DNA of 64,000 nucleotides, taken from the NCBI RefSeq assembly GCF_036321535.1, contig NC_087440.1, forward strand, positions 32,612,001-32,676,000, in the 5' to 3' direction. The notes under the pieces were generated by a model. It did no database searches. It saw nothing but the letters and a program-made list of their open reading frames with translations, and had not been told where the DNA came from. Origin of the DNA: Camelus dromedarius (taxonomy: Eukaryota). Shown here one piece after another: positions 12,435 through 25,104 of the stretch (positions are counted from its first letter, which is position 1; each line of letters starts with the position of its first letter). A program made the position numbers and the translations under genes.

Positions 12435-13278
12435 ACTTATGGGGCTTCCGTGCTCCTCTCCACCCTCATTCCTGTTCCCATCCACTTAGTAGGTTCTTAG
12501 ACATTGTGTTTGAATGACAGCCGAGGATCTCAGATGTGCTGGAATGTTATAGAGCTCTTGAAAAGTTCCCTAAATCCATAAAAAGTGTATTGAGTTAAGT
12601 CTTAGGCTTAATGCATGCTATAAAAATAATAACAGATGTGTCTGATACTTTAAGAAGAAAATGGCAACCCAGTCTTTGAAATGCAGGATACTGATGGGCC
12701 GGACCACGGGAGCAGCATATAGCAGGGAGGGTGAGGGACCTGTTTCTGGAGCTGCAGGACCTCCTTGGGAAGGAGGATAGAGAGGAAGAAATAACCCCCA
12801 CCTAGCAAACGTCAGGGCCGTTAGGCTTTGGAGACGTGCTTTTCTCAGGATACCAAAGGTATTCTCAGAAGCACCTCAGAGCAGCGTTGGCACGGCGGGG
12901 CTGGGTGGAGGAGCCGGACAGGCGTGGGGCAGAAGTACTGTCTTTAACACAATTATCTAATGAGCTCGGATAATTAGCAAGGCTGCATTCTGCCTTCCGT
13001 CCCGGGCCTGACAGGACAGTGAGGATTATGAAATGGCTGCTGGCAGATGAATGGGGATTGCCTCCACCATCTGTCTTCCAAATGATCCTGTAGGTACAGC
13101 TATTATTTCAGTCAGATGCTGGCAGGCGGGCAATTGCTCACAGCCTCTGTGAAGAATAGCGGCTGTCAAGGGTTTGGTAGGTGTTACGACTTCCCACAGA
13201 CCCGTCTGCAGCCCGTGTGAGACATTAAAGCGTGGAGGGGACACAGGACCTGTGACTGACCAGGAACTTTTAGAGTCT

Positions 13279-13405
13279 TTTCCCCTCTCCTCGGCCTCTA
13301 CCCTCCTCCTGTGTTTCCTTCCTCCCCACCCCTCCCCACTCCCCTCACCCCTCCCTTCCTCTTTTCACCCCTTTCTCCTCCTCTCTCCTTTTCTCTCTTC
13401 CTCTT
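13279..13405. repeat. CT-rich low-complexity polypyrimidine tract
   Basis: About 125 nt almost entirely C/T, with six C3-C4 runs at 13324-13355. Confidence 0.9.
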
Positions 13406-14325
13406 ATAAAACTACATAAATATCCTGAGAAAGAAGTCACTGCTGCCTCCAGGAGGCAGTGGTAATTGTGGCTAATAAGTTGGCTGGAAGATAAGAAAAA
13501 AACAGAAGAAACAGAGTCTCATCAAAATCCCCCAAAGGCAGGCGTGAACCTGAGCACACTAAATAGCTTCCTGTAGTTTGATAATTGTGTTGTTTATCAG
13601 TATTTTAATTTTTATCCCTTTATGGACCAAATTGAGTGACATGATTCACCCCACGCCTCGTTTGATGTGATAGGTAGATTCATAGCCCCACACATAGCTC
13701 TCACCTCCACAATCCAACTCCCGGCACAGACTGGGAGTTCAGTAGGGCACCACTGCCCATCCTCCCATCTGGAACAGGAAATTTCTTTGAAAGGAAAGCA
13801 CCTTGAGAATCAAGTTCAAGGGTAGAATTAAATGATTGCTCTTTAAGTCTGGTGAATATGGTAAGAAACTTAGAACTCGCTGTCTTTTCCCTTCAGTGTT
13901 GCTTGTAGTCTTATAATCTCCCTCTCCAACTCTTCCTCCTCTTCCTCTCCCCAACTCTCCACCCACTATCACCATCCTGCTCACAGTAATGCTTGAAAAC
14001 AAAATGACACAAAACAAAAATCCTTCTCCTTGGCTGCTTCAGCTGCAGGAGGTATCACACATTAAAATCACTGTATCTCATTAGACAATGTAAATGAAGT
14101 TTCCTCACTTCACCTTTGCCAGGAAGAGGATCTGAGTGCTGTATGTCAAGTACTATTGAAATGTCTGTTTTACTCACAGTCAATCGGAAGTATTCTCTAC
14201 TAAGATTTTGCTGGCAGCGTAGTAACTTGAGGATCACTTTTAATTTCTGCGTTGAGATTCAAGTTCAAAGCTATTCCTAACAGGGCATGGAGTGTCCAGT
14301 GGCTTTATGTCCAGGGCCCTATCGT

Positions 14326-14454
14326 TAGAGTGCCCATGTGGTTTATCATGATGCTGGACAATTTTGAGAATGGAAGGAGTCCCTACTCATGAGTACCCCA
14401 GGACGACAGTTATAAGTCCGAACTGTCCTAGACAAACCTGGGGGCACAACCCTC
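14326..14454 (-). mobile_element. MER81-like hAT-Blackjack MITE
   Basis: tagagtgcccat...ggacaattttgagaatggaagg...ccaggacgacag...aactgtcctagacaaacctggg...aaccct resembles the recalled MER81 consensus and its tagggtgacc termini. Confidence 0.6.
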
Positions 14455-14789
14455 TGCCTATCATGGAAAGGCTGAATAGGAGAAGCATTTCATTGCAAGC
14501 AAGGATGAACATCTCTGAATGCCTGAAGCCCTAGCTGAACTTGTTACCCATTTGGCAATTAGTATATACTGCTTTAAAATTTCATTTCTCTTTATATGGA
14601 TCTGTGCTTGAGGTTTGGGTCTGAATTCATATTTCCACCCTCCAGGAGAGACCCAGAAGCCTCAATAAATGCTTGTTGATCATGACCAAGTTTGGCAGGA
14701 GTGGAGCTGTTGGCTTTCTCTGGTATCAGAGGGACTCTCTAGCCCCCTCTCCCCTCCTAAGAACTCACCTCATCTTGGGGGTTAAGGAA

Positions 14790-15269
14790 TATATTAGTTT
14801 TATATTGATTCTGTAACAAATTACCACAAACTTAGTGGCTTAAACCAACATGAATTTATTATTTTACAGTTCTGGAGGTCAAGAGTCCTCAAATAAAGGT
14901 GTCGGCAAGGCTGTGTTCCTTCTAGGAGCCCAGGGCAGAATCTGTTTCTTCCCTTTTCTAGCTTCTAGAGACCATCTGTGTTCCGTGGTTTTTGTCCCTT
15001 TCTTCATCTTCAAAGTCAGTAGTTTAGTATCTTCCAGTCTCTCTCTCTCTGCCTTCTCATCACACTGCTTTTTTCCTGGCCCTAACCCACCTGTCTCTTT
15101 CTTATAAGGACCCTATGTCTGCATTGGGGTCACCTGGATAATCTGCCCATCTCAGGATCCTTAACTTAGTCATTTCTGCAAAGTCCCTTTTCCCGTGTAA
15201 GGTAACATACTCACAGATTCTAGGAATTGGGACATGGACACTTTTGGGAAGGCATTATTTGGCCTCCAA
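14790..15269 (-). mobile_element. MLT1D-type MaLR solo LTR
   Basis: tatattagtttt...tgtaacaaattaccacaaacttagtggcttaaa...acagttctggaggtcaaga...gtaaggtaacatactcacagattctagg. Confidence 0.9.
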
Positions 15270-16422
15270 GGGTCCTCTCAAGCCAGACTTTTAGGTTGTT
15301 TGGTTAGGGGCTTTGTTACTGAAAGGTCATAGCCATCGTTAGTGTTCTCACAGGTTTTTTCCAGTCTGTCTTAATGAGGAAATCTATTCCTTATAAGGTG
15401 TCCAGGGGGAGTGAAGAACTCCAATATGTGCGTAGGCTTCAGAAGTGCCATCAAGGTGGTCAGAGAAGGGAAGGGAAATTCTTCTCCAGGTGGCTTCAAC
15501 ATTCACCTGCTGGGGCTGAGCACATATTCTCAAGGTCTCTTCTGGCTCTTGGTTTGCACACCTTGGTGTATCTACATGCGTGATCTACATCCATACTTCT
15601 GAGAAGGGTCGAAGAGGAAGCCTTCAGAACACAATAGGGACAGGGAATGTGAGTTCATCATCAGCACCCTCTCCCCGGGCCTAGGCCTCCTTAGGAAGGA
15701 CCCGGTCTGCCCCCTCCCGTTCTCTGCCCTGCTCTCACCCCGAGCTCCACCTGACTTGACAGGAAGCACCAACTGTGCTGCTGGCATCTGTATTTCAGAG
15801 TAAAAAATCTACCGCACTCCCCCCACCACTACCACACAGAGTTTCAATGGTCATCTGTTGATGTCACCTCTGTCTCAGGCTCTCATCCTTGCCTTCTCTT
15901 CCAGGGATGTTATGTTCTCATCCTCTTTCTTCTGCATGACCAGTTAGTTCTTGTACAACAGGTATTGGCAGAGCTCATAGGTGCCACAGTTTGAGTAGTC
16001 TTTCAGATCTGTTATGTCATAAAAAGGAAGACCTCAGCCTTCTCATGGCCAAACATACATACAGCCACCACCGCAGTGGAGTTAGCATGCAAACTGTCGT
16101 ATGTGTACCATCTCATTTAATCCTGACAACACCCCAATGAAATGAGTATTATTTTCTAACATTACAAAGAAGAAACTAAGATTTAGAAAAGTGACTTGTT
16201 CAATGCACGTATGTACATACACCCACCACACATACCCACTACACGTGTACACTCACACACACAACTTCTCAGCAGAGTTTAGGTTCAAGGAAAAAAAATC
16301 CAAAAATTAATATATAAATGGAAGCAGTAAGAAAATGTCAACAAGAGAGAAAAATACTTCAGGCTGGGCTTGAGGGGAGAAGGCATGGCAAAGCGTTACA
16401 GTAACGTGTCATCATTTGTGTG

Positions 16423-16789
16423 CGCTGTGGGCTGAATGTTTGTGTACCCCCAAGTTTATATGTCAGAGCCCAAATCCCCCATGTGATGGTGTTTGCAGGT
16501 GGGCCTTTGGGAGGTAATTATAGTTAGATTTGCTCCTGAGGGTGAGACCCTCATAATGCAATTAATGCCCTTATAAAAAGAGGAAGAAACACGAGCGATG
16601 TCTCTCTGCTGTGTGAGGATGCAGCGAAGAGGCAGCCGTCTACAGGCCAGGAAGTGTCCTCACCGAGAGCCAGATCTGCCTGGCACTCTGACTTTAGCCT
16701 TCCCAGCCTGCAGCGCTGCGAGAGGCAGGTGTTGGCTAAGTCACCCAGTTTATAGTATTTTGTTACAGCAGCCCGAGCTGACAGAGACA
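16423..16789 (+). mobile_element. MLT1A-type MaLR solo LTR
   Basis: gctgtgggctgaatgttttgtgtaccccc...ggcctttgggaggtaatta...cttataaaaagagg...cttcccagcctgcag...tttgttacagcagccc...gagaca. Confidence 0.9.
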
Positions 16790-17330
16790 GTATATTCATT
16801 CAATACATGAACATACATGTATTATTTACTAATGTGTGCTGTTAGGTATGCAGAGGTAACTGAAATTCAGTCTCAGTTCTGCAGTAGATGCCTCTTTGGC
16901 AGTGAAGACAAGTCACCTCTGTAATATACAGCAGAATGTGCCAGAATATCAGGAAAAGCAATGGAAATGTATAGGAAGAGGTGGTTACTTCAGCCTGGCA
17001 AAAAAATCAGGGGAAGCTGTGGGGAAGAAGAGGTGTTGAGTGGAACCCTGAGTGACAGACCAGATTTGAATGGGATCTGAGTCCCAGGCCCAGGACACAC
17101 TTGAGCAAAGGCAAGGAGTGGGAGGAGCAGTGGCCTCGTGTGGTGGAATTATGATAGCACTGTCATGTGTGAAAGTGAGGGGCAGGCCGGGTCAGTGGCT
17201 GGGGCTAGATCACATAGGACCTTGCACACCAGACTGAGGAATTCAGATTTTATTTTGTAGATAATGAGGATGCCCTTCAGGTTGTTGAGCAGATAAGAGA
17301 CATAAATGAAGGCTCCCAAAATGGTAGCCA
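16790..17330 (-). mobile_element. L2 LINE 3' fragment
   Basis: Begins with tattcattcaa (reverse of the L2 tail). Purine-rich body with gagcaaaggcaaggagtgg and gaattcagattttattttgtagataatgaggatgcc. Confidence 0.7.
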
Positions 17331-17869
17331 AAGAACCAAGTGTTACCTACTGATGTGTTTTGTTTGGCTTGAATGGGTTGGTTCACATAAAAGTGTCTAG
17401 AAGATGTAGCAGGGCTCGCCTGCTTCCTGTTTAGCTGCAGCGACTGCAGCTGAGTAGCAGCCTGCCCTTTGACGGCATACGTTCATGCACTTCCAGTTTG
17501 CCGCAGTCCACACCGCTTCTTACGGCCTTCTTCAGATCTGTTTCATTCAGTTTTATTCCCTGTTTGGCCTCTGTTGGCATGTGAATTTGTGAGCTCTGAC
17601 GTGAATGATCAGATCTGGCTTCTGAAGATGAATCTGACAGTACTTACAGGCAGGTTTGGACAGGGGAGGCAGGAAGATGCTGTTGCAATCCCTAATCTCT
17701 GGTGCAGCGGACTTCAGTTCATTTTGGGTTGTATTCAATTTATATGTTTGCCTTTCCCACCAGGGTAGAAAGTAGAACTATTTGAGACTGGATATGAATG
17801 ATCTTATTATGCAAAACATTGCATACAGTAGACTATGGATAAATGTTGACCAACTTGAATAGTTCAGGT

Positions 17870-18960
17870 AAACACTGGTGAGGGTCAAAGGCAGTGATGG
17901 AAAAATTCATGCAGGAATGACTGTGTATAGAAATATAATTGCCAGACTTCCACTAGTTGAAGGGACCATATTAATAAAAAAATTAACTCTCCTAATGGTT
18001 TTACAACAAAATTTTATCCCTATGCAATGCCATGAGATATGCACTGTTATTATTCCTAGTTTATGACTGAGAACAGGGAGAGAAAGTCAAGGAGAGCTAG
18101 GTTTTCAGCCTGAGTAGGATATGTTAACAGAAGGAAAAACAGGCTTGTGAGGAGAGATGAATTCAGATTTGGACCTGTTGAGCTATGTGGAAAATTTCCA
18201 GCAGAAATTCAGTTCTGGATTTCAGGAGAAAGGTCAAGGCTAGAGTAATATTATTGCATTACAAGTAAAAAATTAGTTTGTGAAATGAATTCATTGATTT
18301 GGGAAAGGTGTGTAAAAAGAGGAAAGGGAAAGGACAGAATTTAGGGGAAAATATGCTATTAGGGGTGAGAAGAAGGCACGTTGGAGAGCTGGAAACTAGA
18401 TGTCTGCAGTGGGACCGCAGAGAGCTGGTCACTGGATTTTGGTTTGGGTCATCCCTGAGAGAGCAGCACCAGCAGTGTGATGGGGAAAGAAACCAGACTT
18501 GTAAGGGCCAGTGAGTCGAGACCACTCGCTCATAAAGTTTGTTGTGCAGGCGTGATGAGAAGGTGGTATCTTAATGGACAGCGAGGACAAAGAAAAGTTT
18601 TTAAGAGATTTCATGATAGAGGAGGCAAACATTTGTCCTCTGAGAGAAGTAAAAGTGGAGCAAGAGGAACTAAAGATACAAGAAAATGAGGCTATTACTG
18701 ATGGAGTGAGATCTCTGAAGAAGCAGAAAGAAGTGGGGATCAAGGGCTCCGGAAGAGGGGTCCTCTTAAACAGGTGGAGGAGTGTTAAAGCTGGGAGTGC
18801 AGGAGATGCAGCTGAACTTAGAGAAGGACGTGGGGGGAGTGAAACTATTTTAAATAGGCTAGTCCTTATCTTAGCAAAGTAGAAAATGAGTTGATTTGCC
18901 AGCAGTAAGGGATTTGTCAAAAGAGACTTGGGGAGAATGGTTACGGGCTGAAACAGATAC
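17870..18960 (-). mobile_element. L2 LINE fragment
   Basis: Antisense L2 text (gaattcagatttggacctgttgagct; ggagaaaggtcaaggctagag; ggtcactggattt; tcatccctgagagagcagc). This explains the ORFs at 18299-18968. Confidence 0.7.
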
Positions 18961-19869
18961 TGTGCCAAGATGCCTGAGAATCTACTGAGATGTTATATCA
19001 GGCAGGGTCCAGGCAGGAAGCAGCAGCCATGCCAGTTATTGGAATAGGCAGAATTTGACATAAATAATTGTTAAATAGTTAAAAGTAGTTAAGTGCTAAG
19101 GGGTCCAAAAGCAGCAGGTGCAGTGTTCAGAGTCCAGTTCCAGGATCACAAAGCAGGTCTAGAAAGTGTGGACTTGGAACTGAGAGACAATTAACTGACA
19201 ACTGGTGTAGATGAATAAAAGGGTTGCCCAAGACAGTAGATAAATCATCTCGTACTTTAGAGAAGCATCATTCCTTCCTTCCTTTCCAGATTCAGAGTCC
19301 CACAGAAGAGGGAAGCACTAGAGTCAAGGAAAACGCATCCCTTCAGAAAGTGGCTGGGAGCAGTGCTATGTCCGATATAAAACAGGAAAATAAAAAGCAG
19401 AGCACATTTGTTTTATTTGCTCATTTGGGGGAATTAACTGACCCCTGCTAACTGCTCTCTGGATTCAGAGGTGGGGAAACTTACTGTAATTCTGCTGCTC
19501 TAATGAGGACAAGCCAGGAAACGGTGAGCTGAGTGGATACAGGGTGGGCTGGTCTCAAGCGGCTGGTGGGTGAAGAGCTGTGGAGCAGGAGGCTGGGGAT
19601 GGGGCTGAATTAGGGGGGCACGTACAAGCGAGCTGAATCTTGATAAATGCTGACAGTTTGCCCTTAAAAATATGATCTCAATGTATCTTCTCATTCAATG
19701 GTATTTGATTATCAAGTGTTATCAAGTCTCCGAATGCCACTTTTTAAGAATTTTGAATTTCTCTAACTATGAGTGAGGCTAATGTTTTTCGTATGTTCAG
19801 CTCTTTGGGTTTTTTTCTGTGAGCTCCCGCTGGTCCTGCGTGGGGGCTTTCACGGGGGACAGGTCCATT

Positions 19870-20260
19870 TGTGTGAAATAGAGTGCACTAAGTGTCTGGT
19901 TAATCCTGGTGCAACCTGGCGAGCTAAACAGACACGGTTCCTGACCTCTCAGGGCTGCATGTGGGCAAGACAACAGAAAAGAAAACAAATGCATAAAAAC
20001 ACATCACCATCAGTTCTGTGAAAGGGAAGAAGGGGTGCTGTGCGAGGAAGAGGCAGATGCAGTGGTCAGGGAAGGCCTTTCTGAGGAGGCGTTCAGTGGA
20101 GATTTGACAGGTGAGAAGTGATCAGCCGTGAAGACAGCTGGGGAGAGTACTCTTGGCATCAGAGACAGCGTGTGAAGGTTTTCAGGGGCAAAAGAATCTG
20201 GCTTGCTTGGAGAAGTGAAAGATGGCCAGACCAGTGAAAGCACAGTGAGTAATGAGGTGG
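19870..20260 (-). mobile_element. L2 LINE 3' fragment
   Basis: aaacagacacggttcctgacctc; gtggtcagggaaggcctttctgaggagg; ggagaagtgaaagatggccag. Confidence 0.65.
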
Positions 20261-20747
20261 CATTTATTCACAGTCCCGACCAAATTCAGAGGGATAGATC
20301 TGTACAGGTTTAAGCAGACCCGAGCACTTTATTTAAGGCTTGCTTTTCTTAGGTAAAAACTCTACAGTGAAATGTCTTTTGTGGGTTTGCTTGTGGAATT
20401 AAGGCTTGGAAGGTGACGTCTGCTGTTGGCTACTGTTGGATTGTTCCTCACAGAGGATGGGTTTGAATGGCTTTTGAAGGAAGAGTTGGTACTTCCCTTA
20501 ATTGTCCCTTCCTGTCACTTACGCTTCGTAAGGATGGTATTTGGTGTGCCTTCTGTGGCAACATCAGCCTCCTTTTGCCTTTCATCCAGCCTCATTCTAC
20601 TACGGGGAGAAGAAACTGAGTAGGCAGAAAACTGAACAGGGACCTGAAGGAAGTCTCACGGGGTCAGCTGTGGTCCCCATGCACTCCCTTCCTCCTTGTG
20701 GGGTCCTCAGGCTCTCTTATCTTGAGTGGCATGGGCATGAGGGCAGC

Positions 20748-20750
<3 letters not shown>

Positions 20751-20822
<72 letters not shown>
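20751..20822. repeat. Perfect (TG)36 microsatellite
   Basis: 72 nt of uninterrupted TG, counted directly. Confidence 0.98.
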
Positions 20823-20823
<1 letters not shown>

Positions 20824-22664
20824 TGGGGACTCACCCACCATGGAGAATCTGGGGTAGCCCAGGTAGCCCAGCCTACAAGTATGAGTAGATAGCTTAGACC
20901 AGCTCAGCCTTACGCCTGGGAGGAGACAGTTATGCCCACTTCCAGCCCTTTATCCTGCTGTTTTCTAAAGGGAAAGTAAGGCCAGATGGGGCACTCCTAA
21001 AGGTGAGTACAGAGCTGGCTTCCCCAGCTTTCCCTGGTCAGGAAAATAATGCTGTTACCAGTGATTGGAGCTGAAGAGTGTTAATCTTTCCTGTGTCTAA
21101 AGGAACATCCTCAGATCGCATCCTTTAATCAGTATCCTGTCTCTCTGGAATAACTGTCATTGCTTTCACTTTTACTCAGTGAATTCCTAAGACTTTGGCC
21201 ATTTCTGTGGCCCTCTCCATGTTAATCTTACATTAACATTACATGCCCAGACACAGTAAGGATTCAGATGTGCCTCCATCCAGTCCCTGTACATGAGCAG
21301 AGTATGTCCAGCCTCCCTGACTGGTTTCTGAATTTTTTTTGTTTTGTTTTCAACGAGTCTTCCCAGGCGGTGGAGACCAGTTTCTACACAGGATGTCAGA
21401 ACTCTCAAAGAGTTACCTGTGGTCCTGGGGTGAGCTGTGTCTTGCCCAGGACACTTGCCCAGGACAGTGCCCTCCTTTAGCCCCTGGCATGCCCAGCTGT
21501 CCCCTTCCCTGAGCAGTTCAGGGCTGTCTCCTACTACTTACTGCCTTTGTTCCACTTCCCAGGTGGCAAGTAGCCTCTGACTGTAGGGAATTTTCCCCTC
21601 AGTAGAGGGAAGAGGCAGTGATGATACCACTCGGTCCCAGGAGGATGGGCCTGTAGGAGGGAGTCGGAGGGTAAAGGAATCCCTTAGGGGTGTGGCGGAA
21701 CAGTTGAAGGTCGAGGTTTTAGAGAGTAACCCGCCTCTCTATCACTTCGCACTTCCCAGAGCTCCTTCACTTTCCACGCCTCCCCCTTCCCAGGACTCTG
21801 AGGCAGGCAGGGTGTAGATTATGTTCCTTTGAAACATGAAGAACCAGACACAGAAAAATTATGCACTTTGCCTGAGGACAGAAAGCTAATGACAAAGCCA
21901 GGAGGCTCTCTGTTAGGAAGAATTTTTTAAAAGAAATTTGTATGGCTTGCAATTTGTTAAAAAGTAATGTTCAGGGCAATTTTTAGAAAAGTAGATTTTG
22001 GGATTTGGGGCGGGACAGATCCACTATTATCACTAGCCTGATCCTTCTTGCCTGGACGGTCCTTTACAAGTAGCCTATTTCCCAAGTAATGTTAGGCTTA
22101 ACTTGGACATCATAAATAATAGACCCATGACAGCTGTGGGAAACAGTAGGCTGACATCAGAGTTTTTCTGGAGCCTTTTTCTGTCTCTTAGCTGAATGTC
22201 TAAAGATGCTTCCAAAAAAGGCACGCTATACGTATACGTATGTAGACCAACCTTGAGCTTCTTTTTAGAGTATGAATTGCTGCCCAAAGGACACATCAGA
22301 TAATCTCCCGGACTGTAAAACCACTCAGTTCCATTCTTGCAGTTGATGCCAGACACTAAAGCCAATTTCTTCCATTCCTTTTTCTTGTGAATTTAGTCCT
22401 TTTGGAAGTTTCTTCCAAAGATGTGCCTTTAGGCCAGAAGCCTCTCTTTTATGTCAGGGTTGGGATACATGAAATGTCAAGGGATCTATGTCCATAGATC
22501 CTAAAAATGGCCAAAGAGGCCTGGAATGTCTGCTCAAGTGCCTTGTGCCAACATGGATTTAAGGAAAATACATCCTTTTTTCCAGCCAGCAGCACAATCT
22601 GACAGGCATGGGAAGCCTGCAGGGCTCACTGCTTTATTTTGGATCCATCATAGAGAACAGCCTG

Positions 22665-22860
22665 CAGATGAGCTGTGGAGCCCTTATGTGCCAGGCACAG
22701 GGCTGAAGCCTTTACAGTCATTATTTTATTTAATCCTTATGATAACCTGTGAAGTAGATAGCCACTCCCACTTCAAAGTTAAGAAAGCAGGCACAGAAAG
22801 AGTCAGTAACTTGCCTAAGGCCACCCACCTGGTAAGCCTGGAGCTGGACCTCAAAGCACT
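22665..22860 (-). mobile_element. MIR SINE
   Basis: tatgtgccaggcacagggctgaag...ttatttaatccttatgataacctgtgaagtag...gtcagtaacttgcctaaggccac. Confidence 0.75.
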
Positions 22861-22896
22861 GCAGGACCACAGGGCAACGCTGTCTTCAGCAAGCCA

Positions 22897-22910
22897 CCAC
22901 AAGGGGGCGC
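22897..22910 (+). promoter_or_regulatory. Candidate CTCF binding site
   Basis: CCACAAGGGGGCGC is a 13/14 match to the CTCF core CCACCAGGGGGCGC. Motif only; no binding data. Confidence 0.6.
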
Positions 22911-24898
22911 CCTGCCCATGTCCACTCTAGCTAAAGATGTGTTTTATTTCTCCTTCTGGGGATGTGGGGTGCGGCACAGTTCATATATCCTTCTTTCCCA
23001 CAGTTTCTTTCTGTCCAAATGTTGAGGCCATTTCAATATTGGAAATTTTCAGAACAATGTAAATGTGTCCACCAGTATCAGCCACTGTAATTCCAGGTCT
23101 TAAAAAAAGCAAAGCTCCCTGAAGGAAGCCACTGTACTGTGAATAAAAAAAGCACGTTTGATAGTTGGAACCAGATTTTCCCTCCTGAGGTAGTAACTAA
23201 AAAGGATTGGTTTAAAAAAAAAAAAACTAACAGAAAGCTTCAGGTTTCAGTCATCAAGGATGTGGTTTTACAATTAAACAGAGCATTTGGCGCACTTGAT
23301 CAGAGCACGTAACAGGTGTTTTCTTCAGAAATTGTGAATCACCCAAGCCATGTTTTAGATCTCAGGGTAAAGTTGAGAATTCATGGCCTCATTTTTCTTC
23401 TTTCTGGTTATCTGACAAATAATCAGAGTGGTGAAACTGGTGGGGGATACGATGTCATAGGACAAAGGCTTATATCCAATGTTGACAAGTGACACCTGGG
23501 ACTTGCAGGAATGGCGATTCCTGAATAGCCTCTGACACATCTAGGCCAGCCCCCATTGAAACAGGCATCCTTGAGCCGGTCGACCACTTAAAGACAGGAA
23601 AAAAATGTATGCTCTATAAAAACATCTCCACTCCATCTCAGCATTTACAATGTCTAATAGACAAAATGTGGACGCAGTGACAATACCCCTCAGCAGTCAA
23701 CTCAGAACCTCTTAGGTCCATCCACTGGTTCCTGTGAGACTGAGGGAAGCAAGGTGGCTTTGCCCCACCAGCCTACATTCAGCAGTGCCCAGTGGGGCGG
23801 ACCCCCGAAGCAGCCCCCCTGAAGACCTGCAATGCCCAGGACTATGACTCATTAGCAGAAAGAAGAAAATGTGGCAGAAAACTTCAGGGGTGGGAGGGGG
23901 TTGGGAAGTGAAAATATGACTCAGGAAATCCTGAGGCTCTAGACGAGGCTCTAGGGAGAAAATATAATGGGGGTCAAGGCAGGAGGTTGCACTATAGCAG
24001 TAATCAAGCTTAAATGCACATTATGTTTAATTTCCTTGAGGGCTTTAATTTGCTGGTTTAAACCTAGTAAGCATCTGGGGAAGCCAGGTGCCTCACCATC
24101 CAGGCCTGCTGGAGCCATTTTATTTCTTTAGCAAAAGACAAGATGGCCAGGGGCAAATTTGGGAATAAAATGTGTACATTTTCCAAAAGCTCCCCAAGTA
24201 ACTGTGACATGCAGCCTGGATGGAGAAGCTGCCCTAAGTGGCTATAAACCGGCGCTGTAGTGCAGGTAAGGTGGAAAAACAAGGCGAAGGGCACGGAGGG
24301 GAGAAATGTGACTTGGCGGGTGGGTATAAAGATCAGTTTTGCAATCAGACTGTCTCTGGCTCTACAAAATCATTTCACGTATATGCAGTTTCTGGATTTT
24401 CAAAAAGCACGCCAAAAGGAAATCTGTCTTTTGCAACATCTTGTTAAAAGAGGGCTATTAGCGCACTCAGGCTTAGAGAAACGAAGTGAGCATTGCCTTT
24501 TGGGTGGGATGTGTTCAGTGTCTCAGTCTTCACGTTTCTCCTGCTCTGATCATGGCCCACTTGAGGCACTTCCCGGTTCCACTGACCTTTAGGAATACTG
24601 TCACCTGCCTACCCATGGCCAGATGTGACTTCGGGGGAAGCTAGCAGCGCAGTTCAGCTCTTTTCTCGATGCCAGCTGTGTGCATGCCTATATGGATGTG
24701 CATACCTGTGTCCAGCTACCACCCAGGTTCGCCCGCACCAAGGGAAAGAGGCACACAGAAGGGATATCATCAGGAAATAACATGGAGACTTTGCATTTGT
24801 TTGAGATTTATTTCTGGTATTTTTCTCCCCTCTCTTCTCTCTACTTCGCCCTGCCCTCAGTCTGCTTGTTTAGGCAGACGATGATTGATGAGTCAATA

Positions 24899-25104
24899 CA
24901 GTTGACCTTTGGACAATGTGAGCATTAAAGGTGCAGCCCCACCTCCCTCAAATAATTGAAAATCAGCCTATAATTTCACAGTTGGTCCTCCGTGTGTGGT
25001 TGGTTGAATCCAGATTCAACCAACTGTGAATTTTGTAGTACTGTAGTATGCATCTATTGAAAAAAATCCCATATATGTGGACCCGGGCAGTTCAAACCCA
25101 TGTT
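24899..25104. mobile_element. Tigger2-family MITE (TcMar-Tigger), one TIR truncated
   Basis: TA target (24897-24898) followed by cagttgacctttggacaa. The other end reads gtggacccgggcagttcaaacccatgtt and lacks the final ~16 nt of the TIR. Confidence 0.75.

Noticed and set aside
18429-18968. 179-aa ORF and overlapping 70-102-aa ORFs
   Set aside because: They lie within a purine/pyrimidine-skewed L2 remnant, and the low stop density is compositional.
20541-20892. ORFs with CVCVCV repeats
   Set aside because: These are translations of the (TG)36 microsatellite.
24315-24345. GC box + TATAAA + TTGCAAT promoter-like cluster
   Set aside because: The GC box to TATA spacing is only 4 nt, there is no CpG island or downstream exon, and short motifs like these are frequent by chance.
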